Positions 20,716-29,327 of a DNA stretch of 32,000 nt are shown here, one piece after another. The notes under the pieces were generated by a model. It saw only the letters and a program-made list of their open reading frames with translations. It was not told the origin of the DNA and made no database searches. The stretch is taken from the NCBI RefSeq assembly GCF_900083515.1, contig NZ_LT671858.1, positions 30,001 to 62,000 of the forward strand. The letters run 5' to 3'. This stretch comes from Cuniculiplasma divulgatum. Lineage in GTDB: Archaea > Thermoplasmatota > Thermoplasmata > Thermoplasmatales > Thermoplasmataceae. Each line of letters begins with the position of its first letter. The stretch's first letter is position 1. The position numbers and the translations under genes are program-made.

Positions 20716-21724
20716 GATATTCACATAATTTTTCCAGATCCTTCCTGAACTGATCTGGGCTGGATGTAATGCATAGCCTGTATCCTGTGGGTATACCAAA
20801 ATATTTACCCGGACTTACAAAAATGCCCTCTTTGGATAACATATCCTCTGCCATTTGAGACGAATCACCATCTGTATGAACATAAACGAAAGAAGATCTG
20901 TCTGGCGTGGTGAACTTAAGGCCTGCCTTAGGAAGCATCTCCTTTACCGTCTTCCTGTTTTCATCCATAACTTTTTTTACAATTTTCTGAACCTCATTTC
21001 TCTTTTCAAGTATTTTCATGCATGCGTAAAGTGAAAATCTGGCTGTGCTTCCTGTTGTTAGGGATCTGTAACTCCTTAGCTCCCTGATTTTCTCCTTATT
21101 CCCCAGCATCCATCCAACCCTCCATGAGGCTCCTCCAAAGAATTTTGTCATGGTGGTTGATACGACTGCCTCCGGATATTTATGCAGAAGGGTATATGGT
21201 TTTTCTGGAAACATGAATTCCCTGAAAGTCTCGTCTATATACATCTCATGTTTTCCATCAAGATATTCTTCAAGATTTCTTTCACCTTCAAGGTCACCTG
21301 TTGGGTTATTCGGAATGGTTGTGCTCAAAGAATTTCCCTTACCAGGATGTAGTTTAACGTAAGGATTTACCCTCTGTGTTTTGAAACCCATGGATTCAGG
21401 AACCCTGTACATAGGTTCATATTCAGGCACCGGTACATCTATACAGTCTGAATTTTTATGAAGAAAGATTGAACCAAGAGCGATTCCTTCGGTACCACCA
21501 GTAGTGGAAAGTACCTGATCTGGTTCCACATCAAACATCTGTGCGATCAGGTCGTTGAATTCCCTTTCTATATTCTCTCTTCTCTTCTTGTACTCATCAT
21601 AATCAACTTTCACTCCAATAGAGTTCAGATCCAGCTCGGGCATTCCACTCAGGCAGAAGTTGTGTTTGGATTTACTCATTCCTCCAGTAATCCAGGTGAA
21701 AAGGTTATCATTAATATTATACAT
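20693..21724 (-). CDS. PLP-dependent aminotransferase, class I/II (HisC/CobD-like size)
   Basis: 343 aa. TTMTKFFGGASWRVGWM matches the S-x-S/T-K-x-x-G-x-x-G-x-R-x-G PLP-lysine motif. IPNNPTG is the conserved Asn-Pro-Thr-Gly block. Confidence 0.85.
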   Translation of the reverse strand: MYNINDNLFTWITGGMSKSKHNFCLSGMPELDLNSIGVKVDYDEYKKRRENIEREFNDLIAQMFDVEPDQVLSTTGGTEGIALGSIFLHKNSDCIDVPVPEYEPMYRVPESMGFKTQRVNPYVKLHPGKGNSLSTTIPNNPTGDLEGERNLEEYLDGKHEMYIDETFREFMFPEKPYTLLHKYPEAVVSTTMTKFFGGASWRVGWMLGNKEKIRELRSYRSLTTGSTARFSLYACMKILEKRNEVQKIVKKVMDENRKTVKEMLPKAGLKFTTPDRSSFVYVHTDGDSSQMAEDMLSKEGIFVSPGKYFGIPTGYRLCITSSPDQFRKDLEKLCEYHEGREKS

Positions 21725-21993
21725 GGTGACTCATAGTCTTATCGAGGAAAAAAAGTTTGGGGAAACTGCAAAATTTCAGGTAAGTTCATTACTGTATATA
21801 GGACTGAATAAATGTGATTATCTAAAATATAGTTATTGAAAAATCTATTCTTGAAATTTGTTTATGAATTTGGAAATATGGTTAAAATATTAATGCTATA
21901 TTGAAAAAATTTACTTACAAAACAATAAGTTAAAAAAGTCAGTCGAAGGAAACAAAACCTTAACCTAACAAAAATTAAAATTTAATAGTACCT

Positions 21994-22623
21994 TTAGTCA
22001 AGTACTATTTCTCCCTGCATCCAGCCAGGGGTCTCCATTGCTCCTCCCCAGCCGCTTGCTCCTGTACCACAGTCAACTTCACACTGCCAGTTGTATACAC
22101 CAGATGCTGGTGTGTGGAAGTAGGCAACCACAATGGATTCAGATGGAACCATTATGTTAAGGTTCATGTTTGGTACTGTGAATGTATGTGCAAGATCAGA
22201 GAAGGGAACTGAGCTAATCCAGTGACCTGTCTGGGCCGTTGTGTTAACGCTTGTATCATTGAACACATATTCGGTGTTGTTTAATGTTCCAGTAACCTTG
22301 TTGTATGTTGAGGATGTAGTTCCAGGTCCGGTATCGTAATTAATTATGGTCATTCTTATGAGTGAATCACCAGGCAGATATATCTGGGCGGATGACATTA
22401 ATTTTCCATTCTCAAGTACATAATAGGCGGGCTGGTTCTGTCCTGCACTTGCAAGATAATTCTGGTTTGTAATAACTAAGGTAATATTATACTCATTAGT
22501 TGAACTCTGGGTTGAAGTTGAAGGTGAAGCGTGGCTTATTGCTCCCTCGTAATACATCCCAACACCAAATATCAGGATAACAGCCAACAGTCCTACATAG
22601 AACCATGTTTCAATCGTTTTCAT
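21994..22623 (-). CDS. membrane-anchored cupredoxin-fold protein, cytochrome oxidase subunit II-like with non-canonical CuA region
   Basis: 209 aa with one N-terminal TM helix (WFYVGLLAVILIFGVGMYY). The C-terminus AHTFTVPNMNLNIMVPSES...GVYNWQCEVDCGTGASGWGGAM parallels the CoxII pattern H-S-W-x-V-P-x-L-x-x-K...G-x-Y-x-G-Q-C-S-E-x-C-G-x-x-H-x-x-M. Confidence 0.65.
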   Translation of the reverse strand: MKTIETWFYVGLLAVILIFGVGMYYEGAISHASPSTSTQSSTNEYNITLVITNQNYLASAGQNQPAYYVLENGKLMSSAQIYLPGDSLIRMTIINYDTGPGTTSSTYNKVTGTLNNTEYVFNDTSVNTTAQTGHWISSVPFSDLAHTFTVPNMNLNIMVPSESIVVAYFHTPASGVYNWQCEVDCGTGASGWGGAMETPGWMQGEIVLD

Positions 22624-22788
22624 TTTTTCTCACTAAGTAAACAATGCATAATTTCTATTTGAGAAGTGACCCTTACATATGAGGCAACTTTGATTTTATG
22701 TGTTAAAAACCAGCAAAACACGGGATTACTGAAAAAAATTAATTAAAACAGGTAATTAATCTGTACAATTTATTCAAAATAGTGAAAA

Positions 22789-23742
22789 TCAGGACATCTG
22801 GGAATATATTTCTTTCACTGCCAGTGCAACAGATTCATCACTGTTCAGTTTGTTCACATATCCATATTTTCTGATCCTGTCGGTTGAAAGCTGTGCTATT
22901 TTCACATCTCCCTTCCATCCCCTTCCCTCTGATCCACCTGTAAAATTAAATTTCACATCCTTTAAACCCATTTCACTGCACACTGCATGTGCAATGGTCT
23001 TTACACTGGTTCGCTGGTCATTTCCCAGGTTTACAACATCTCCTTCAGTTGAATTCTCATATACATGCAGCATTGCATTTATGCAGTCATCAACATGTAT
23101 GTACGATTTCTCCTGTGTACCATCACCAAGTATCTCAAGTTCTGAAGGATTCTTTTGAAGCTTTATGACGAAATCATGTATCACACCATGGGTTGAATTT
23201 CTTCCCACAACATTTGCAAACCTGAAGATCAATGGTCTTATGCCGTAATAGTGGTAATATGACCATATGTATCCCTCATTGGCTAGTTTGGATGCGCCAT
23301 ACAGTGATATTGGTAGTTCCGGACCATAGTTCTCTGGAGTTGGTATGGTATTCGCTTCACCGTATACTGTGGATGTGGAAGAGAAAAGCAATTGCTTTAT
23401 GTCTGATCTCCTTATAAATTCAAGAACATTGTGCGTTCCAATAACGTTTGTCTGCATATCTATTTCAGGATCATCGCTGCCAGATCTTACATCTGAATTT
23501 GCTGCCAGATGCACAACAAGATCAAAATCCTTCTCAAGCTTGAAGAAGAAATCCCTCTTTGTTATATCACCCCTTATGACCTTTATACTTTTCCCAACCT
23601 TAGATTCGTCAAGGTTCTTTAAGGTACCACCACTGAAATCATCAAGCACTGTAATCTCATTGTTTTCAGATAATAAATTAGCCATGTTGGATCCGATGAA
23701 TCCCGCTCCTCCCGTTATGAGGATCTTCTTTGAACTGATCAT
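22789..23742 (-). CDS. NAD-dependent epimerase/dehydratase (extended SDR, UDP-glucose 4-epimerase-like)
   Basis: 317 aa. It has the Rossmann motif ILITGGAGFIGSN and the catalytic YGASK (YxxxK). Confidence 0.9.
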   Translation of the reverse strand: MISSKKILITGGAGFIGSNMANLLSENNEITVLDDFSGGTLKNLDESKVGKSIKVIRGDITKRDFFFKLEKDFDLVVHLAANSDVRSGSDDPEIDMQTNVIGTHNVLEFIRRSDIKQLLFSSTSTVYGEANTIPTPENYGPELPISLYGASKLANEGYIWSYYHYYGIRPLIFRFANVVGRNSTHGVIHDFVIKLQKNPSELEILGDGTQEKSYIHVDDCINAMLHVYENSTEGDVVNLGNDQRTSVKTIAHAVCSEMGLKDVKFNFTGGSEGRGWKGDVKIAQLSTDRIRKYGYVNKLNSDESVALAVKEIYSQMS

Positions 23743-23801
23743 TGATGTGAATTAAGCACCCGTTATTAAATCATGGTTGTTAAGAAATGAAAAAGTTGCT
23801 T

Positions 23802-24359
23802 CTATACTGAACCAACATCTATTTTCTCAATGGTTGCCCTGCTGCTCTGTATCCTGCTCATGCCGCTTTCATCCTCCATGACAAGGGTGAATGGAAATAT
23901 CTGCCATTTTTCTATCATATCCATCTTTTTCCTGGCAGCTTTCTCCTCATTCTCCGTACCCTCAAAATCAAGGAGTGCCGAATACATTCTTTCCCACATC
24001 CTTGTGACAACACCCTCAACAGTTGTAACCTCACCATCAGATATCTCTCCAGGATCAATCTCTGCCCCTATTTCCGGGATAACGACCCTTGCCTGAGGTG
24101 ATCTGTAGACAACAACCCTGAGATCATCCATGTTTCTGATTAAAAGGCTTTCTCTCACAGGCTCACCTGATTCTATCTGTGTGACCTCATTCTTTTTGAA
24201 AAGGCATTTCTTGCAGAAATATGTCTGTATAAGTATCTGCTTTTCATAGGCAATGCTTGTCATCATCTGTATAAAGTACAATCTTTCTCCGCATACAGGG
24301 CACTTAACCTCTGTTAGCTCTTCCTTCGGTGGATCAAAATCTTCTGTCATAGTAATCAC
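23802..24359 (-). CDS. ZPR1-type zinc-finger protein
   Basis: 185 aa. It has CPVCG...CKKC zinc-ribbon pairs, then EGVVTRMWERM and FTLVMEDESGMSRI, resembling the ZPR1 A-domain motif (ftl.i.DPsG.S.i). It overlaps the fni 3' end by 26 nt, so an alternative start at Met4 is possible. Confidence 0.75.
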   Translation of the reverse strand: MITMTEDFDPPKEELTEVKCPVCGERLYFIQMMTSIAYEKQILIQTYFCKKCLFKKNEVTQIESGEPVRESLLIRNMDDLRVVVYRSPQARVVIPEIGAEIDPGEISDGEVTTVEGVVTRMWERMYSALLDFEGTENEEKAARKKMDMIEKWQIFPFTLVMEDESGMSRIQSSRATIEKIDVGSV

Positions 24360-25392
24360 TCCACTCCTTCAATTCACCATGGATAAATTTATCCGCCCTC
24401 TTCAGGTCTTCAACATTTCCAGAACCTGTAAGGAACATGGCAATCTTCAGTTCCCTTATGATTGCGTTTATGTTTTTCTCAATACTCTCTCTGGATTCAT
24501 CAGCTCCCTTCAGAAGTGTTCTGGCAAAGCCGCCCATGGATGCTCCCATGGATATGGCCCTTGCAAGATCCAGGCCATTTCTTAAACCACCACTTCCAAT
24601 TGCTGGTATCCTTCCATTGATGATCTTCAAACTTATGGGAGATGGCACACCCCAGTTCCAGAACGTCTTTCCTGCTATGGCCTTCTCACCCTCACCCTGC
24701 CTCTCTGCCCTGTAATATTCAATGGCTGCGAATGTTGTGCCTCCGAGACCACCAACATCGATGGCCTTAACATTGGCATCTATAAGCATGTCAATATCCC
24801 TTTCTGAAAAACCTGCACCAGTTTCCTTGGCTATTACAGGGTAACTGGCTGCGAGTTCCTTCACCTTTTCCATAACGCCCTTTGCATTTCTGTCCCCTTC
24901 GGGCTGTATCATCTCCTGAAGAAAATTGAAGTGAATTATGAGGAACTTTGCATCTATGAGTTCCATGAGATAATCTATCTTTTCCCTGCTCATTGCATCC
25001 TTGTCCTGCCCGATAAGCTGTGGTGCTCCAATGTTGGCCAGTTTGAATGGTATTTTGTAATTATTTATAACCGAATATGTACCTGCTAGCTCCTTCTTTT
25101 CAGCCGCGGCCCTCATGCTCCCCAAGCCCATGGGAATATTGAATTTTTCAGCAGCCCATGCGAGATTTTCATTGATCTTCTTTGCAAGATCTGTACCACC
25201 TGTCATTGACGATATCAGGATGGGATATTCTACCCTGTTGCCATGGAAATTTACCCTGGTGTCAATGCTGTCATAATCCACCTCAGGGATAGATCTGTGA
25301 ATTAGAGTAATGTCATCCCAGTAATTGTGAGATGCATTGACTTCCTTTCCCTCTGCTATCCTTATATGATCCTCCTTTCTGTTTTCTATCAT
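24334..25392 (-). CDS. fni: isopentenyl-diphosphate delta-isomerase, type 2 (FMN-dependent)
   Basis: 352 aa. Typical IDI-2 blocks are present: RKEDHIRIA at the N-terminus, ISSMTGG, VGGLGGTTFAAIE and GSGGLRNGLDLARAISMGAS. Confidence 0.93.
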   Translation of the reverse strand: MIENRKEDHIRIAEGKEVNASHNYWDDITLIHRSIPEVDYDSIDTRVNFHGNRVEYPILISSMTGGTDLAKKINENLAWAAEKFNIPMGLGSMRAAAEKKELAGTYSVINNYKIPFKLANIGAPQLIGQDKDAMSREKIDYLMELIDAKFLIIHFNFLQEMIQPEGDRNAKGVMEKVKELAASYPVIAKETGAGFSERDIDMLIDANVKAIDVGGLGGTTFAAIEYYRAERQGEGEKAIAGKTFWNWGVPSPISLKIINGRIPAIGSGGLRNGLDLARAISMGASMGGFARTLLKGADESRESIEKNINAIIRELKIAMFLTGSGNVEDLKRADKFIHGELKEWSDYYDRRF

Positions 25393-26120
25393 TAAAATTC
25401 AGTCCCCACAAAATCTTCTTTATCTATATTTTCAATTCTTTCTGGAAAATTCCCGTTGAGTAAATATGTTTTAACACCTGCTTTTTTGCAGTTTATCATT
25501 GATCTGAACTTGAGTTCCATGCCACCAGTAACATCATTGGATATGGCACCAAAATTCACTATTTCCTTTGAATACTTCCTGATCATTGCTGCATTTCTGT
25601 ATTTCTTTGGATCCATGTCAAAAACACCATCAACATCACTGAGGAAGATTGCCCTCTCAGGTTTGAACATTTCAGCAAGTGAAACCATAATATGATCTCC
25701 TGACAGGATTCCAATTTCATGATTCCTTAAATACACATCCCCATAAAGTACAGGAATGAAATTCATTTCCAGTACCTTCTTCACCAGATCGTAATTGAAT
25801 GAGTTATTTCTATCAAGGAAAAATGGTGAGATGCCAATTGCAGGTCTTCCCATGTTGTTAAGCATTTTCACTATCCTCTGGTTCAGATCAGCCATATCAT
25901 ATTTGACTATGGCTGCAGCCTTTATTCTCTCCTCTGATACCTCCCCCGGCAAACCGTATTTTTCACTGATGTAATGACCGAAGGAACCTCCCCCATGAAC
26001 AAGTATGAAACTTTCCAATCTTGAGAGTCTCTGGATGATGGTTGATGTTTTTTTCTGGTAAAACTTCCTGTATACTGTCTTGTCTGTAAGCAGGCTACCA
26101 CCGATCTTGATTATATCCAT
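25392..26120 (-). CDS. ipk: isopentenyl phosphate kinase (amino-acid kinase fold)
   Basis: 242 aa. IIKIGGSLLTDK, LVHGGGSFGH and SDVDGVFD are present. It lies directly upstream of fni with a 1-nt overlap, the common archaeal mevalonate-pathway pairing. Confidence 0.88.
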   Translation of the reverse strand: MDIIKIGGSLLTDKTVYRKFYQKKTSTIIQRLSRLESFILVHGGGSFGHYISEKYGLPGEVSEERIKAAAIVKYDMADLNQRIVKMLNNMGRPAIGISPFFLDRNNSFNYDLVKKVLEMNFIPVLYGDVYLRNHEIGILSGDHIMVSLAEMFKPERAIFLSDVDGVFDMDPKKYRNAAMIRKYSKEIVNFGAISNDVTGGMELKFRSMINCKKAGVKTYLLNGNFPERIENIDKEDFVGTEF

Positions 26121-26213
26121 TTCACTAATGATGTCATTCGCTCTTAATTATGTTTTTGAAGACCTGTCCATGACAGTATATGTTGAAATGTGCAGTTCCT
26201 ACGGTGAATCAAG

Positions 26214-26229
26214 CAAAAATTAAATTATG
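26214..26229 (+). promoter_or_regulatory. TATA/BRE-like box for the tRNA-Ala gene
   Basis: The AT-rich AAAAATTAAATTAT is centred about 30 nt upstream of tRNA position 1, the spacing expected for archaeal promoters. Confidence 0.4.
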
Positions 26230-26251
26230 TATTAACACATACTGGTGAAAA

Positions 26252-26323
26252 GGGCCGGTAGATCAGCGGTAGATCGCTTGCTTTGCAAGCAAGAGGCCTC
26301 GGGTTCAAATCCCGACCGGTCCA
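26252..26323 (+). tRNA. tRNA-Ala (anticodon UGC), no encoded CCA, no intron
   Basis: Hand-folded cloverleaf. Acceptor GGGCCGG/CCGGTCC with G3:U70; D stem GATC/GATC; anticodon stem CTTGC/GCAAG with loop TTTGCAA. Variable loop is AGGCC; T arm is TCGGG-TTCAAAT-CCCGA; discriminator is A. Confidence 0.93.
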
Positions 26324-26372
26324 TTTAATTTATTAATCGAATACTTTTTATCTCGGCACTCGTTATGTTCTC

Positions 26373-27662
26373 ATGACCATGCAGCCGAAGTACCAGGAAC
26401 TGCTTCTTGACGAGGACGTGCGAAGATGGTTTGAGAACCTCAGGGCAAAGTCCGTTCTTACTGCAACAGTGGCATTGAGAAATCTGGGCCACTATTGCGA
26501 ACTTACTCAGACCAACCCAAAAGAGATCCTGAAAAAGGCAGAGGCAGATGAGAAGGATTTCAGGTACGAATTCACAGATTTTGTCAGGAAGATGGAGAAA
26601 GAGGGCAAGGCAGGCTCTTACATAGCGAGGTTCAAGAAGGTTATTTTGTCATGGTTGAAGTTTAACGGTATCAGTTTGCAGTTAACCGTTAACATATCCG
26701 GGGAAAACGAAACACCGACAATCGTTAACGAAAGAGTACCTAGTAAGGAGGAATTGGCCAGAATATTAAGGAAAGCCACTTCAAGAGGCAGAGTTGCCAT
26801 AGCAATTATGGCATTCTCAGGCCTTCGACCAGAGTCCCTGGGAGACTACGAGGGCACAGATGGTCTCAGACTTGGAGATATCAAGGACCTGAGGATATCG
26901 GAAGAAATCAAGTTTGACAAAACACCAGCTATGATAGTGGTAAAGAACAAGCTTAGTAAGGCAAGGCACCAGTATTTCTCTTTCATAGGAGAAGAAGGAA
27001 CCACTTACATAATGGAATATCTGGAAGAGCGGAGAAAGCAGGGAGAGGAGCTAACTTACGAATCACCATTACTGCAATTCGATGTCCGTGGGGTGAAGAA
27101 AAACGACTTTCTGCGCACTACTCTCGTCACAAGGGATATACGGGAAGCAATAGAGAACTCAGGGCTGAAGATGCGCCCTTACGTTCTCAGGGCATATTTC
27201 AGCACAGCCCTTGATATCGCAGAAGCAAAAGGTCTCATTTCCCATCCTTGGAGACAGTTCATCATGGGCCACAAGGGCGATATCGAAGCGAGATACAGCA
27301 CAAACAAGAGATTGCCTCCAGATGTGATTGAGGAAATGAGAGAAGCCTACAGAAAGAGCACAAAGTTCCTTGAAATCAGATACAGCGAACTTGAGGAGGA
27401 CAAGGCAAGAATGTACCTGCAGCAGCAGCTCTTGTTGGCAGTGGGTTACAAACCGGAGGAGATTGATAAAATGGATCTAACGGAGATAAGCAACGATGAT
27501 TTCCAGAAGCTTCTCAGGGACAAGGTTGCAGGTGCAATGGCGAGCAATGGCTCGAAGCAGAGGCTCGTTCCCATGAACGAGATTGAGAAGCTCCTTAGCG
27601 AAGGATACGAATTCCAGGCAGTTCTGCCAAACGGAAAGGCTATAATGAAAATGCCTTTTTAA
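26373..27662 (+). CDS. int: tyrosine recombinase / integrase
   Basis: 429 aa. Arg I is in AFSGLRPESL, Arg II in PYVLRAYFST, and box II IMGHKGDIEARYS carries the nucleophile Tyr308. A long tail of about 120 aa follows the Tyr. Confidence 0.9.
   Translation: MTMQPKYQELLLDEDVRRWFENLRAKSVLTATVALRNLGHYCELTQTNPKEILKKAEADEKDFRYEFTDFVRKMEKEGKAGSYIARFKKVILSWLKFNGISLQLTVNISGENETPTIVNERVPSKEELARILRKATSRGRVAIAIMAFSGLRPESLGDYEGTDGLRLGDIKDLRISEEIKFDKTPAMIVVKNKLSKARHQYFSFIGEEGTTYIMEYLEERRKQGEELTYESPLLQFDVRGVKKNDFLRTTLVTRDIREAIENSGLKMRPYVLRAYFSTALDIAEAKGLISHPWRQFIMGHKGDIEARYSTNKRLPPDVIEEMREAYRKSTKFLEIRYSELEEDKARMYLQQQLLLAVGYKPEEIDKMDLTEISNDDFQKLLRDKVAGAMASNGSKQRLVPMNEIEKLLSEGYEFQAVLPNGKAIMKMPF
26662..26730. 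repeat. cluster of GTTAAC-type palindromes inside the integrase gene (TTAACGGT-N15-ACCGTTAA inverted repeat; GTTAACCGTTAAC; CGTTAACG)
   Basis: Read directly: TTAACGGT at 26662-26669, GTTAACCGTTAAC at 26681-26693 (contains AACCGTTA at 26684-26691), CGTTAACG at 26723-26730. Confidence 0.5.
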
Positions 27663-27690
27663 TTGTGGGGTGCTTACTGCCTAACCATTT

Positions 27691-28374
27691 CTACTCAAAA
27701 TATGTGTCGATTTTCTTCATATGAATCAGCTTCTTTGAATTGTTGTAGTGAGTACTGCACCTCCAGACCAACTCTCCTGTCTCTTTTAAGACGTATTCCC
27801 CATTTCTTGAAGCCACCTCTTTCTTAACCTGCAATTTTGGTTTTACTTCCTTACCACAATGACTGCACTCTGCTTTTAGGTAGTTCCTCCACTCTCTTAC
27901 TGACGTTATGAAATCCCATATTACATGAGTTTGAAAATCATACATCTCTTCGGGAACATAACCTATCCTCTTTATGTAATCACACAGAATTTTCGATTCG
28001 TTCAGGGCTAACAGAGTAATATTGTTCTGAGAATCGTATATTTCTTCCAAATACCCATTTCCTTTCAACTCATTTATGTGATCCACAACAGTATCATATG
28101 CGAGTATCTTCTTCCGCGGGATTTTGATCGGCGTCTCTCTTTTAGACCTCCTGTGACCAAACATTTCAGTGATTCTTTCCTGTTGAAAAGCAGGACTTTC
28201 TGCCATATGGGGAATCTGAGGTGGTTCCAATTCATCATATTGCCTGATCATTGCCTCAACTATTTGTTGACAATGTGGACAAGACACAGTTAATCGGACT
28301 CCGGCGAATTCCATATTTAAAGACCATGATTTGTATTTCAAATTAAAGCTTAACATGATCGTAATGGAAAACAA
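27691..28374 (-). CDS. hypothetical zinc-ribbon protein (CPHC ... CSHC ... C-x2-H)
   Basis: 227-aa track ORF, with a likely real start at Met21 (MEFAGVRLTVSCPHCQQ, nt 28314). It has Cys pairs at both ends and a basic central stretch (HRRSKRETPIKIPRKK). It is transcribed divergently from the 28554-31103 operon. Confidence 0.55.
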   Translation of the reverse strand: MFSITIMLSFNLKYKSWSLNMEFAGVRLTVSCPHCQQIVEAMIRQYDELEPPQIPHMAESPAFQQERITEMFGHRRSKRETPIKIPRKKILAYDTVVDHINELKGNGYLEEIYDSQNNITLLALNESKILCDYIKRIGYVPEEMYDFQTHVIWDFITSVREWRNYLKAECSHCGKEVKPKLQVKKEVASRNGEYVLKETGELVWRCSTHYNNSKKLIHMKKIDTYFE

Positions 28375-28567
28375 AAATCCCTTGCTAGATGCACAACAAG
28401 TCTCTTTGATTAGCTTAAAAAAAGGGTTCTCATCGAAATTCCCAACGAGTCCTCTAAATCAAATACTTATCTCGGAGCCTGACTATGTAACTATAACTGA
28501 GCTTCTAGCGAAATCACAGACATGGTTTTCCATTTTGGAGAACAAGAGGAGGAATGGAAATGAATAA
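28355..28567 (+). CDS. possible small protein (about 67-70 aa), weak helix-turn-helix-like C-terminus
   Basis: The track ORF 28331..28567 starts at TTG, with in-frame ATGs at 28355 and 28364 downstream of the AT-rich TTTCAAATTAAAG. The stop overlaps the next ORF. YVTITELLAKSQTWFSILENKRR is only vaguely HTH-like. Confidence 0.3.
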   Translation: MIVMENKNPLLDAQQVSLISLKKGFSSKFPTSPLNQILISEPDYVTITELLAKSQTWFSILENKRRNGNE

Positions 28568-28910
28568 AGTGAGAAGAACTGTTTTGAATGAACCTGAGTA
28601 TTTGGGAGAAGACCAGCCCGAAATAATACAATATGAAATTGCCCCACAGAAGAAAGGCACCATAGAGAGACTGCAGGAAACCGTTATCGATAACACGGTT
28701 AACCGTTACGAGATTGAAGATCGCAGGCAGATAGCAGCCATAAGAGAGTTTATGGAGCGGAATCCCGACATCAGCTATGTGGAATATGAGTCCAATCCGG
28801 TGCTCAGGATGGATCTCGTAATAACGAGACGTGGTCTGATTTTCAAGCGGGAAGAGGCATCAATATCGGCCACACTGACGCCAAACAGGAGATTCAGGGC
28901 CCAGAGGTGA
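28554..28910 (+). CDS. hypothetical soluble protein, first gene of the element operon
   Basis: 116-118 aa. GAGGAGG at 28546-28552 fits the second ATG (28560, MNKVRRT) best. The stop lies 3 nt before the next start. No motif recognised. Confidence 0.5.
   Translation: MEMNKVRRTVLNEPEYLGEDQPEIIQYEIAPQKKGTIERLQETVIDNTVNRYEIEDRRQIAAIREFMERNPDISYVEYESNPVLRMDLVITRRGLIFKREEASISATLTPNRRFRAQR
28679..28709. repeat. two AACCGTTA copies 22 bp apart flanking the palindrome GTTATCGATAAC, second copy embedded in GGTTAACC
   Basis: Read directly: AACCGTTA at 28679-28686 and 28701-28708, GTTATCGATAAC at 28683-28694, GGTTAACCGTTAC at 28697-28709. Confidence 0.5.
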
Positions 28911-28913
28911 GTT

Positions 28914-29321
28914 ATGGAACTTGATGAGAAAGCGGGCCTTATATGCGTGATATGGGAATTATTCCTTATATTCTCAGCTATTTTCATGCCATCTGTTTGG
29001 CATGCTTTCCTCTGGCTTCTGGCATCAGGAAACATCTTTTTGGAAATCATAGGAGTAATAGGTATAGCAATAGCCCTCATAGGATTCCTGATAATCCTCT
29101 ACTACGTTATTTCTTACATTGTCCTTGCATTGGTCATCCTTTTCACTTTCGGTGCTCCCGCCTTGGCGCTTTATTATTTCCTTGGGCTAGACCATTCCAT
29201 CATCCTTGCTCTGGTGATCGCAGTGGCCATCATTCTATATCTTGTAGAGACCAGAGCAGTGAGAGTAGAACACCACACAGTCACCGTGGGCTTGAACAGG
29301 CGATACGTAATTAAAAGGTAG
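28914..29321 (+). CDS. polytopic membrane protein (about 4 TM helices)
   Basis: 135 aa, almost entirely hydrophobic helices (LICVIWELFLIFSAIFM, IIGVIGIAIALIGFLIILYYV, IVLALVILFTFGAPALALYYFL, IILALVIAVAIILYLV) with a basic C-terminal tail. GAGGTGA lies 3 nt upstream. The alternative frame 28943..29314 was rejected. Confidence 0.65.
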   Translation: MELDEKAGLICVIWELFLIFSAIFMPSVWHAFLWLLASGNIFLEIIGVIGIAIALIGFLIILYYVISYIVLALVILFTFGAPALALYYFLGLDHSIILALVIAVAIILYLVETRAVRVEHHTVTVGLNRRYVIKR

Positions 29322-29327
29322 GGAAAA

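Noticed and set aside
26121-26251. AATGATG sequence near 26127, considered as a C-box of a C/D sRNA between ipk and the tRNA.
   Set aside because: No matching D box (CTGA) or terminal stem occurs at a suitable distance. The region is better explained by the divergent ipk and tRNA-Ala promoters.
28943-29314. 123-aa ORF overlapping the membrane-protein gene in another plus-strand frame.
   Set aside because: Its translation is Arg/His/Pro/Cys-rich with no structure. The 28914-29321 frame gives regular TM helices, has an SD motif, and fits the 3-6 nt operon spacing.
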